Assembly: GCA_963801665.1 (NCBI GenBank)
Contig: CAWDFL010000004.1
Span: 366,590-430,589 of the forward strand
Length of the DNA: 64,000 nucleotides
Reading direction: 5' to 3'
From: an uncultured delta proteobacterium
Lineage (GTDB): Bacteria; Desulfobacterota; Binatia; Binatales; Binataceae
The notes under the pieces were generated by a model, which had not been told where the DNA came from, did no database searches, and saw nothing but the letters and a program-made list of their open reading frames with translations. Positions 37,745 through 45,653 of the stretch are shown here, in pieces (the stretch's first letter is position 1; every line of letters begins with the position of its first letter). The translations under genes and the position numbers were made by a program.

Positions 37745-38812
37745 ATGACAACCTCACTGGTTCCGATTGTCGATCTGCGCGGGACTCCGAAAGAACGCGG
37801 GCGCGCGCACGGCGAAGCGTTACGCGCGCAGATCGCGACGGTGCGCGCACAATGGCGCGAGAGTATCGCCGCGCGGTTTGGCGTGAATCCCGATTCCTTC
37901 ATCGAGACCTTTCTCGCCGAAACACACTTTATCGATGCGATGAAGCGATGGACGCCTGCGCTGATCGACGAGATCGAAGGAATCGCGGAGGGAAGCGGAC
38001 GGCCGCTGAACGAGACTATCGCGTTCCAGTGGATGGACGAGGAGTGGTGGTTCGGTGCGGCGCGCTTCGGTCCGAAGGCGGGCGCGGCTATCGGATGCAG
38101 CGTTATCGCGAGTGCAGGGCACGGCGGACATTCGCCGATCCTCGCGCAGAACATGGACCTGCACGGCTATCTCGACGGCGGCCAGGCCGTCATCCGGATT
38201 AGCGGCGGCGACGACGAGCCCGACGCCACCATCCTTACGATCCGCGGGATGATCGCGCTGTGCGGTGCGAATGATCTGGGCGTCGGCGTCGCGGTGAACA
38301 CGCTATGGCAACTGCCGAGCGCCGCCGACGGCCTTCCAGTCGCATGCGTGGTGCGAGCGCTCCTCGCTCAGCACAGTCTCGACGACGCGGCGCGATGGAT
38401 CGAGCGCGCGCATCACGCGAGCGGCCAGCATTACATGATCGGCGATCCATCTGGCTTCGCGAGCTTCGAAGCGTCGGGTAGTTCGATCAGGCGGCTGCCG
38501 GCCGCATCATCGACCTACGTACACACCAACCATCCGCTGGCCGGCGACTCACCGCCGAATCCTGCCGAGGAAAACTCCCGCGGCCGCTACCAGACACTAT
38601 GCCATCTGGTCGCCGACAAGAGTCTAAGCGTCACGGAGGTCGAGGCGGCGCTGGCCGACCGCAGCGGACCGCATCCGATTTCCGTGCGCCGAGACCCGAA
38701 CAAGCGCGGCCGTGCGATGACGTTCGCGTCGATCGTGATGGAGCTTGGCCGTCCGCCGAAAATCCGGATCGCGGGCGGACCGCCGTGCTCGAACGGGTAT
38801 CACGCGCTATAG
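37745..38812 (+). CDS. C45-family peptidase / acyl-CoA:6-aminopenicillanic-acid acyltransferase-like Ntn hydrolase
   Basis: 355 aa. RGTPKERGRAHGEALR.., a putative nucleophile Cys in AAIGCSVIA, then AQNMDL. Confidence 0.75.
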   Translation: MTTSLVPIVDLRGTPKERGRAHGEALRAQIATVRAQWRESIAARFGVNPDSFIETFLAETHFIDAMKRWTPALIDEIEGIAEGSGRPLNETIAFQWMDEEWWFGAARFGPKAGAAIGCSVIASAGHGGHSPILAQNMDLHGYLDGGQAVIRISGGDDEPDATILTIRGMIALCGANDLGVGVAVNTLWQLPSAADGLPVACVVRALLAQHSLDDAARWIERAHHASGQHYMIGDPSGFASFEASGSSIRRLPAASSTYVHTNHPLAGDSPPNPAEENSRGRYQTLCHLVADKSLSVTEVEAALADRSGPHPISVRRDPNKRGRAMTFASIVMELGRPPKIRIAGGPPCSNGYHAL

Positions 38813-38832
38813 ATTGCCTTCACAGATTATCT

Positions 38833-39108
38833 TCACAGATTGTCTTGGGGAAATGCCTGGAGCAGAACGCCGCTCTTGGTGATCTTGAGGCACTCCACTT
38901 CGTCGCGCGAGAAATCAGGATCGCATAGCGGGCGGTCGACGCCGGGGCATCGGTAGAGGCTCGGCTCCAGCACCTCGCACTTCGACAAATCGAAATTCGC
39001 GGAGGCGTACTTCTGCGCAGGAGTTTCGGTCGACGGCGTCACAGAGGAGCATCCGGCGACTGTCAGCATCACAAGGGCCGCCAATCCTATGCATGCGAGT
39101 GCTCTCAC
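38833..39108 (-). CDS. small lipoprotein, last gene of the FHA/MotA-like/kinase operon
   Basis: MRALACIGLAALVMLTVAGCSS (lipobox), with five further Cys residues. Its start lies 6 nt after the kinase stop. Confidence 0.55.
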   Translation of the reverse strand: MRALACIGLAALVMLTVAGCSSVTPSTETPAQKYASANFDLSKCEVLEPSLYRCPGVDRPLCDPDFSRDEVECLKITKSGVLLQAFPQDNL

Positions 39109-39114
39109 CTGACC

Positions 39115-40899
39115 TCACCCACCACCGGCGCCGGAATCGCTGGCGGGATTTGCGTTGATCGCAAAAGGATTCTCGTCGCTGAAGACCGAGGTTAGCACCC
39201 ACGCGAATCCCTGGGGAAACGTTCCGCTCCAGTTGGTCAGCGTTGCAGTCTTGATAGTCGGGCCGCGCATCCCCTTGAGTTGCGCCTTCACGATCGCCTG
39301 GCTGAGCGGAAGAAATTTGCTCGGAAGCGGATGCTGCCAGGAGCCCCAACTGACGTAGCCGATCGAATAAAAATCGCCGTCGGTTTGCCCCGCACTATTG
39401 AGCGCGTTGGGCGTCAGCATCATCGCCTTCTGCATCGAGGGCGAATAGTAGGTCAACTGGATGATCAGCGGGCCCGCGCTGGTCTGAACATACATCGGCG
39501 CCCACATGGGATGATCCTGGATATCGAGCTTGAGCTCGATCAGCTCGGCGTCGGGCGACCATTTCTGCGCGCGGGCAAGCCCCTTCTGCACGATACTTTC
39601 GAGATCGTTCGGCGGCCACGAATCTTTGAGCGGCGCAATTTCTCCGGCATGCGAGATCTGGAATTTCGGCGGCGCGTATCCCGGCACATAGCCAGGGACA
39701 TTCACGGGCGCCCCGGATGACGAAACTCCCGAAGCAGGAACTGAGTTCGAGGTGCTCGCGACGACGGGTTTAGCGGCTCCGCGCATGTGCCGCACGACGA
39801 TAAAAATCACGACGAGCGCGATCACGCCACCGGCCGCGATCGCGGCTTTCGGCCACCACGGCGGAATTACGAACGCCGGACGCTTGACGGTGCTCGGCGC
39901 GAATTGCTGGCGCGTGGGTGCGCCGGGCAAGCCTATCGCCGCCTGAAAATCCTGGATCGTCGGGTAACGCTGCGCGGCGCGAACCGCCAACGCCGTCATC
40001 AGCGCGTCTTCCGCGGCCGGCGGGATATCGGCGCCGTGCGCACTCGGAAGCTGGATCGTGTCCTGCGCGAGGCGGTCGATCGCCTGCGGCGGCAACACTC
40101 CGGTGATCAGATGATACATCGTCGCGCCGACCGCATAGACGTCGGTCCACGGACCCTGATTGCCGGTGCTGCGATATTGCTCCTCGGGCGCGTAGCCTTC
40201 TTTGAGAATTACCGAAAGATGCTGGCTGCGATCCTGCAGCGCCTGGCGCGCGGCCCCGAAATCGAGCAGTTTCACCTGTCCGTTGTTGGTGATGTAGATA
40301 TTGTCCGGGCTGACATCGCGATGCAGCACGTTGTGGCGATGCAGCTCGCGCAGCGCGTCCATCACCGGGGTCAGAATCGCGAGCGCCTCGTTGAACGGCA
40401 GCCGTCCGCCCTTCTCCGCAAGATGCTCCTTCAGCGTGCGCCCTTCGAGATACTCCATCACCAGGTAAGCGGTTCCGTTCGCAGGGAAAAAGTTGATGAC
40501 GGAGATGATTCCCGGATGCTCCTCGAACTGGGCGACGGTGCGGCCCTCGTCGAGAAAGCGTTCGAGTCCGTAGCTGAAATCCTGCTGAGACTGTCCGGTG
40601 TGCGGCACCACCTGGCTGGTTTCGCCGCTACGGCTGGCAAGTCCGCTCGGCATGTATTCCTTGATCGCGACGCGGCGCGCGAGCCGCGTGTCCCATGCCA
40701 GGTATGTAATCGCGAAGCCGCCGGCGCCGAGCGCGCGGCCGATCAGATACTGGTCGTTGAGCATCGTGCGAACGGGTAGCGAGAACGGGATCTGCGGCGG
40801 CTTGCTTTCGTCGAAGCCGCACTCGGGACAAATCGCCTGATCGCCGCGAATCCCCATGCATCCCATGCATCGCCGCGCCATCTGCTGCTCCATCGTCAC
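39115..40899 (-). CDS. Ser/Thr protein kinase with N-terminal zinc ribbon, TM helix and extracytoplasmic C-terminal domain
   Basis: CMGCMG...CPECG, then the kinase core (AIKEY, HRDVSPDNIYI, LLDFGAAR, GYAPEEQ), a TM helix AAIAAGGVIALVVIFIVV, and an unassigned C-terminal ~200 aa. Confidence 0.9.
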   Translation of the reverse strand: MTMEQQMARRCMGCMGIRGDQAICPECGFDESKPPQIPFSLPVRTMLNDQYLIGRALGAGGFAITYLAWDTRLARRVAIKEYMPSGLASRSGETSQVVPHTGQSQQDFSYGLERFLDEGRTVAQFEEHPGIISVINFFPANGTAYLVMEYLEGRTLKEHLAEKGGRLPFNEALAILTPVMDALRELHRHNVLHRDVSPDNIYITNNGQVKLLDFGAARQALQDRSQHLSVILKEGYAPEEQYRSTGNQGPWTDVYAVGATMYHLITGVLPPQAIDRLAQDTIQLPSAHGADIPPAAEDALMTALAVRAAQRYPTIQDFQAAIGLPGAPTRQQFAPSTVKRPAFVIPPWWPKAAIAAGGVIALVVIFIVVRHMRGAAKPVVASTSNSVPASGVSSSGAPVNVPGYVPGYAPPKFQISHAGEIAPLKDSWPPNDLESIVQKGLARAQKWSPDAELIELKLDIQDHPMWAPMYVQTSAGPLIIQLTYYSPSMQKAMMLTPNALNSAGQTDGDFYSIGYVSWGSWQHPLPSKFLPLSQAIVKAQLKGMRGPTIKTATLTNWSGTFPQGFAWVLTSVFSDENPFAINANPASDSGAGGG

Positions 40900-40906
40900 T
40901 TGCTCC

Positions 40907-41707
40907 TTAGATGCGGCGCATCACCTTCACGCACAGCACGGTCACGTTGTCCTGATGCGGCAGATCGCGCGCGAGCGCGGCCTCGATCATCGCGTCGCAG
41001 GCGCTCTGCGCGTCGGGGGTGGAGTTGGCCGTCACGCAAATCTCATCCGGCTCGAGCGCGCGGTAGAGGCCGTCACTGCACAGGACGATCGCGTCGCCGG
41101 CGTCGATCGCGACCGGAGCCGCGCTGCGATCGATCTCGCGCAGTCCGCCGATACCGACGTAGCTGGTCAGCGCGTCGCGCGCCGACGCATCGCGCGCGGC
41201 CTCCGGCGCGAGCGAGCCCTGCTCGACCAACTGGTCGAGCCGTGCGCCCAGCGTATGAGGCCGCGCGAGCGAACTGACTGCCCCGCCCTGGCATAGATAG
41301 AGCGCGCTGTCCCCGACCGAAATCCATTCAAGGCCGCGCACAGAGAGCACCGCCGCGACCAGAGTCGTCCCGACTTCGTGTTCGAGCTTGAGAGAGGCGG
41401 CGAATTCAAACACCGCGCGATCGGCGGCCTCGACCGCGAGCGCGAGTGCGTGAGAAATTTCCTCGTCGCAGGTTTTCGCCGTGTAGGTGTCGAGGAAGCT
41501 GCGCACCGCGATCCGGCTTGCCTCGGCGCCGTGCTCAAGTCCGCCCATCCCATCGGCGACTACAGCCAGCAATCCTCCATGCGCCAGGAAGGCGGCATCC
41601 GTGGGGTCCGAGAAGCCGAAGGAATCCTGCTGGTCGCTGCGCTTGCCCTGCGCCTGCGCGTTGCCGGGCGCGAAGGACAGGCCGTCACTCCCAGCGGAAT
41701 TTTTCAT
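40907..41707 (-). CDS. PP2C-family Ser/Thr phosphatase
   Basis: 266 aa. Contains RSDQQDSFGF, VADGMGGLEHGAEAS, VGDSALYL, LCSDGLY and DNVTVLCVKV. Confidence 0.9.
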   Translation of the reverse strand: MKNSAGSDGLSFAPGNAQAQGKRSDQQDSFGFSDPTDAAFLAHGGLLAVVADGMGGLEHGAEASRIAVRSFLDTYTAKTCDEEISHALALAVEAADRAVFEFAASLKLEHEVGTTLVAAVLSVRGLEWISVGDSALYLCQGGAVSSLARPHTLGARLDQLVEQGSLAPEAARDASARDALTSYVGIGGLREIDRSAAPVAIDAGDAIVLCSDGLYRALEPDEICVTANSTPDAQSACDAMIEAALARDLPHQDNVTVLCVKVMRRI

Positions 41708-42239
41708 CGCACAGCGGCCAGAACATCAGCTTGGTTTTTCCGAGTTCGAGCACGTCGCGGGCCTTGAGCGCGCTCGGCGTATTGACGAGCTGATCATTCA
41801 GGTAGAGAAGTCCCGAGGCCTCGCCCGGCAGGAGCCAGAATTGCGCCTTTTTCGGATCGAAGGCGACCGCGGCGTGCTTTTCGCGCGAGACCGACTCGTC
41901 GCCGGCAATCGCGATATCCATCGCGGGGCTGCGGCCGATGAAATTCTTCTCCGCGTGAATCCTGTAGTCGCGGCCGCGGTCCGGTCCCGCCACGCACACC
42001 AGCCACCCGACTACAGGATTGACTCCTGTCACCGCCTCGCGATAAACCGCGCGGGTCGCGCCCGGCTCTGCGCTGGGAGCCGAGACTGCGGGCCGCACGG
42101 CGGCGGGAGGCGGAGTCTGCGGCACGCGGCGCGTCTTGCCTTCGAGCGGGTCGATGTTTACGCCGCAATATGGACACGAGCTGTTTTTGGTCGCGTCGTA
42201 GAAGTGGCCGTGGCTGCATCGGGTCATCACGTCCGTCAT
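41685..42239 (-). CDS. zinc-ribbon + FHA domain protein
   Basis: N-terminus CSHGHFYDATKNSSCPYCG, a Pro/Ala linker, then an FHA core (NFIGRSPAMDIAIAGDESVSREKHAAVAF...LLYLNDQLV). Overlaps the PP2C gene by 23 nt. Confidence 0.85.
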   Translation of the reverse strand: MTDVMTRCSHGHFYDATKNSSCPYCGVNIDPLEGKTRRVPQTPPPAAVRPAVSAPSAEPGATRAVYREAVTGVNPVVGWLVCVAGPDRGRDYRIHAEKNFIGRSPAMDIAIAGDESVSREKHAAVAFDPKKAQFWLLPGEASGLLYLNDQLVNTPSALKARDVLELGKTKLMFWPLCDEKFRWE

Positions 42240-42257
42240 AGTACACCTACCTCTCGT

Positions 42258-42827
42258 TCACCCGTTGTCAAACAAACTGTTCGCGAAATCCGCCTGCCCT
42301 ATATTCATCTGGAAAGTGACCGAAGGGGCGCCATTGAGCAGCAAGGTTTGGTTCGCTCCGGCGGCGCTGTCAACCGTCCAACCGAGCGAGCATTTAGGCC
42401 GGACCCGCCCGACGCCGACCGTTACCGTGTATGCGCCGGGCTTGAACGCGAGCAGCAGAAGGTCGACCACACGCCCACTCGGATCGGTCTGCCCCGGATA
42501 GGAGCTGATGCCTGACGGACCGAGAGGGCTGGCGACTTTCAATATGTGCATGTCGGCACAGGAATTTCCCTGATCGTCACCGTTCGATATGTCGATCAGC
42601 GCGAACGGCGGGAGTTGGCCGCCGGTTGCCTTGTGCGCCTCAATTTTCGCCCGCAACGATGCATTCTCGGATTCGAGTTGCGATGAATCTCCCGTCGTCG
42701 CCCCAGACGCTTTGTAGTAGTAGGGAAACAGCGCAAGCGTCAGGAAGCAAAATGCCCCCAGCGCGCCGGTCAGCAGATCGAGCACCGACATGTTGAAGAT
42801 ACTCACCTCGCGGTTGCGCGGTTTCAT
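42258..42827 (-). CDS. ExbD/TolR-like single-pass protein, paralogue B, unrecognised C-terminal domain
   Basis: MKPRNREVSIFNMSVLDLLTGALGAFCFLTLALFPYYYKA (basic N-terminus, N-x-S-x-L-D-L-L and a TM helix as in ExbD/TolR). Then a short coiled coil and a ~110-aa Cys-containing domain. Confidence 0.55.
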   Translation of the reverse strand: MKPRNREVSIFNMSVLDLLTGALGAFCFLTLALFPYYYKASGATTGDSSQLESENASLRAKIEAHKATGGQLPPFALIDISNGDDQGNSCADMHILKVASPLGPSGISSYPGQTDPSGRVVDLLLLAFKPGAYTVTVGVGRVRPKCSLGWTVDSAAGANQTLLLNGAPSVTFQMNIGQADFANSLFDNG

Positions 42828-42881
42828 CGATCGTTACCCGCGTTACCGCCGAATTGAGTAGTCATATCGAACCGCCTCACG

Positions 42882-43478
42882 TCATCCCGCGATCGGGCTG
42901 CCCACGACGATCTGATCCGGGTTCACCGTATAGTTCCACGGTGGCAGGGTTTGCGTGCCGCTGGAAAGATCGGCGCTCTGCTGCGGCGATGCGTTTTTTC
43001 CCATCGGCGATATGTATAGCTTGCATCCCGGCTGCGCGCCTGAAACTTCGAAGGTCAGTTGATACGCGCCCGGCTCGAACATGAAAAGCATCGCCGCCGA
43101 ATAGTAACCACGCTGCACCTGCGAGGTTGGGAGCACCTTGATCGAGGTAAGCGCCCCTGGTGCCTGGTTTTTCTTCACCCTGATCTGCGCACAGGAGCCT
43201 CCCGCTCCAGAAGAGGTGAAGACCGAGACCAGCGTGAATGGCGCGAGCCCGGTTCCGCTTTTGATATTCGCCAGCTCGGCTTCGAGTTGTTTATGTTCGG
43301 CCGTGAGCTGCTGTTGTTTGTCCTTGCCCGGATTGGCCGGCGCCGCGGCAGCGTGCTGAGCCTTGAAGTAGTACGGAAACAGCGCCAGCGTCAGAAAGCA
43401 GAATGCCCCGAGCGCGCCCGTCAGCAGGTCGAGCACGGACATGTTGAAGATGTTGACCTCGCGGTTGCGCGGCTTCAC
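42882..43478 (-). CDS. ExbD/TolR-like single-pass protein, paralogue A, unrecognised C-terminal domain
   Basis: GTG start overlapping the stop of the MotA-like gene by 3 nt (43476-43477 plus the shared C). The first 40 residues are almost identical to paralogue B (MKPRNREVNIFNMSVLDLLTGALGAFCFLTLALFPYYFKA). Shared landmarks: SCA.., F.PGAY.. and a late Cys. Confidence 0.55.
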   Translation of the reverse strand: MKPRNREVNIFNMSVLDLLTGALGAFCFLTLALFPYYFKAQHAAAAPANPGKDKQQQLTAEHKQLEAELANIKSGTGLAPFTLVSVFTSSGAGGSCAQIRVKKNQAPGALTSIKVLPTSQVQRGYYSAAMLFMFEPGAYQLTFEVSGAQPGCKLYISPMGKNASPQQSADLSSGTQTLPPWNYTVNPDQIVVGSPIAG

Positions 43479-44353
43479 TTGGCTCCTGCGTAGAGCCGGT
43501 TGATGAGATTGCGCAGCGTGTAGGAGCCGGCGAGGTTGAGCGCGGTCTCTTCGCGCTGCTGCTCGAGATAGAGCACGAATACCACGATCGCGCTTTCCAT
43601 CAGCGCGACCATCGTGCAGTTAAACCCGAGCGACAGCGAATGCGCGATCGCGTAGATCGACAGATCGCCGCTCTTCGGAACCAGCGCGAGCGACCCGCCA
43701 AGCGCGACCACCGTGCCGATAAACCCGACGGTCGGAATCAGCCACGCGATATAACGGATCAATCCGTAGCGCAGATCGACGCGATGCTCGATCAGCTCGA
43801 GGCTGCTGTTCATCACCGAGACGACCTGATCGATCGAGCGGCCCGATTGGAACTGCAGGATCGACAAATCGATCAGCGAAGGCAGAAACCCGTTTTCCTG
43901 ATCGAACAGGTGCGCGACGCGACGCCGGATCGGCGCGAGGTCCGCGGGCTGGAGAACCGTTTCCTGATCCTCGGGCAACAGATGCATCCGCGCGAAGCGA
44001 ATCTCCCGATACGAAACCCGCCACCGCACGAACAACTCGCCCAGCGCGATGAAGAACAGCACATGTTCCACATTCTGGATCGTGAACGGATAAGGGAAAT
44101 GCGAGAATTGGCTGTGGTCGATCAGAATTTCAGCGCCGTAACTATTCTTCGGAAAAATTATGGTGAGAAAAAGAATAAATACGAAGCTCGCGCCGATCGA
44201 TAGAAACATCACGGTGCGGCGGTCGGGAAGCTCCCAGAGCTGGGCGGTGAAACTCCGCTGCGTGGGCGATCCTCCCGCCGTGCCCGCCGGATGCGGCGCC
44301 TGTATTGGCGGCTGGTTTGGTCTGGGCTGCTCGGCCTGCTGAATCTGACTCAT
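43475..44353 (-). CDS. MotA/TolQ/ExbB-like proton-channel family protein
   Basis: 292 aa with four predicted TM helices and a large loop between TM2 and TM3. C-terminal signature region IAWLIPTVGFIGTVVALGGSL...LSLGFNCTMVALMESAIVVFVLYL. The N-terminal ~45 aa are Pro/Thr/Ser-rich. Confidence 0.7.
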   Translation of the reverse strand: MSQIQQAEQPRPNQPPIQAPHPAGTAGGSPTQRSFTAQLWELPDRRTVMFLSIGASFVFILFLTIIFPKNSYGAEILIDHSQFSHFPYPFTIQNVEHVLFFIALGELFVRWRVSYREIRFARMHLLPEDQETVLQPADLAPIRRRVAHLFDQENGFLPSLIDLSILQFQSGRSIDQVVSVMNSSLELIEHRVDLRYGLIRYIAWLIPTVGFIGTVVALGGSLALVPKSGDLSIYAIAHSLSLGFNCTMVALMESAIVVFVLYLEQQREETALNLAGSYTLRNLINRLYAGAK

Positions 44354-44390
44354 GTTGGATAGCCCCTCGCGGTCGGTTCGCGGCGATTTT

Positions 44391-44795
44391 TCATTCGCCG
44401 CACGCGGGGCATCGCGCTCCGCGCGTCTTGATTGCGCCGCAATCGCATCGGATAAGCGCTGCCGCGGACGGCTGCGGTGCTGCTGCGGAGGAGGACGCTC
44501 CCTGGGCGGCCGGAGCGGATGTGTCCTTCAACAGATCGATCAAGTCGCGCGCGGCAATTGTGACCTCGCCGAATTTCAGCAGATCAGTCAGGAATGCGGT
44601 CTGCTCGTCTTTGACCGGAAACTCGCGCCCCTGCCGAACCAGAACCGTGCCGTTCTGGCTCCCGAGGTCCTTCACGCGAAGCCTGTCCCCCTCAAGGAGC
44701 TGTACTTCCGCGTGAGTGCGGCTTACCGAGTCATCGGCGATCGGAACGTCAGCGTCGGTTGCACGCCCGACCGTGAATCGTCGTCCTGCTGTCAT
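44391..44795 (-). CDS. FHA domain protein with C-terminal zinc ribbon
   Basis: FTVGRATDADVPIADDSVSRTHAEVQLLEGDRLRVKDLGSQNGTVL (FHA core), then a Ser/Ala linker and CDCGAIKTRGARCPACGE. Confidence 0.85.
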   Translation of the reverse strand: MTAGRRFTVGRATDADVPIADDSVSRTHAEVQLLEGDRLRVKDLGSQNGTVLVRQGREFPVKDEQTAFLTDLLKFGEVTIAARDLIDLLKDTSAPAAQGASSSAAAPQPSAAALIRCDCGAIKTRGARCPACGE

Positions 44796-44868
44796 CGCTC
44801 CGTCCCTTTTGGCGACGCTACGAGAGCATCGCCGATCGTTGAGCGCAGTCTTGTCTCGGGGCGAAGTA

Positions 44869-44897
44869 ATTATTCAAAACAGCAATTAGTTGGTCAA
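44869..44897 (-). promoter_or_regulatory. candidate sigma-70 promoter for the FHA/MotA-like operon
   Basis: The minus strand reads TTGACC (44897-44892), a 17-nt spacer, then AATAAT (44874-44869). It lies in the only AT-richer spacer of the cluster, about 75 nt upstream of the FHA start codon. Confidence 0.3.
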
Positions 44898-44963
44898 GAG
44901 ATGATCGTGCTTGACACTACAAGTTTTTGCCTCAAGAACCTTAGACGATTACCGGGGAGCAGT

Positions 44964-45617
44964 CTAAAACACCGGGTTGCCCTCGCAGCGGTCGGAGCCG
45001 CCTCCGGCGCGGAAGGTCGCACTGTGTTGATCGTAAAAGATGCGCTCGAAGTAGCAAAATTGGTTGGCCTGCGCGGGCCCTTTGTAGAGAATCCGAACAT
45101 GCACCTGCATTTTCGATTTTCCCGACACCACGGCCTGGTACAGGTCCGGCGTCAGGTCATTGTAGAAATAGTGCTCGAGGCCGGGCAGCAGGACCCCGGT
45201 GTCCATCGTGGTCATGTCGCCGTCGGTGCTCTTGACCAGTTTGCCATCGATCACGCTGTGCACGCTGACGAAGCCGTCGAGCGCCGGAATTCTGCCGAAA
45301 TTTTTGAACACAACCGCAACCCGCGGAATCGGTGATGCCGGTTGCTCGAAATTTACCGACTGGACTCCCATGAATGGTCGATCCGATACCGCGAAAACCA
45401 TCCGCGTCACTTGCGCCGTGCGCCAGGTCGCATATGCGCTGAACCCGGTCGCGAGCACCATCAGGACCGCCATGAAATCAGCCAGCCTGATCGCCCGCTT
45501 GGTACCGATCAGTTGCGATCGTTCACTGCGCTCGAGTTGGCGTTCGCGTTCGAGTTCCCGCTCCAGCTCGGCGCGCTTATCCAGCTCAGTTCCTGAACCT
45601 GTCTCATGCTCCCCCAT
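44964..45617 (-). CDS. hypothetical single-pass membrane protein (charged coiled-coil N-terminus)
   Basis: ELERELERERQLERSERS, a TM helix FMAVLMVLATGFSAYATW, then an unassigned ~150-aa C-terminal domain. Located upstream of the FHA operon on the same strand. Confidence 0.5.
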   Translation of the reverse strand: MGEHETGSGTELDKRAELERELERERQLERSERSQLIGTKRAIRLADFMAVLMVLATGFSAYATWRTAQVTRMVFAVSDRPFMGVQSVNFEQPASPIPRVAVVFKNFGRIPALDGFVSVHSVIDGKLVKSTDGDMTTMDTGVLLPGLEHYFYNDLTPDLYQAVVSGKSKMQVHVRILYKGPAQANQFCYFERIFYDQHSATFRAGGGSDRCEGNPVF

Positions 45618-45653
45618 CGCGCCCTCCCCGCTTCACTCCGGCAAAGTTTTACC

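Noticed and set aside
37594-38154. 186-aa minus-strand ORF
   Set aside because: Antisense to the C45 peptidase gene, with no domain signal.
38818-38841. Tandem direct repeat CTTCACAGATT(AT)CTTCACAGATT between the peptidase and lipoprotein genes
   Set aside because: There are only two short copies, and the second overlaps the lipoprotein stop codon. It has no terminator-like structure and is too small to interpret.
38833-45617. Interpreting the MotA-like operon as Zorya, a Ton/Tol system, or T6SS PpkA/PppA/Fha regulation
   Set aside because: There are no ZorC/ZorD-like large proteins and no peptidoglycan-binding ZorB/MotB domain. There is no TonB/TolA or Pal/TolB. There are no T6SS core genes (TssB/C, Hcp, VgrG) in the window. 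A divergent ExbB-ExbD1-ExbD2 set remains the main alternative hypothesis.
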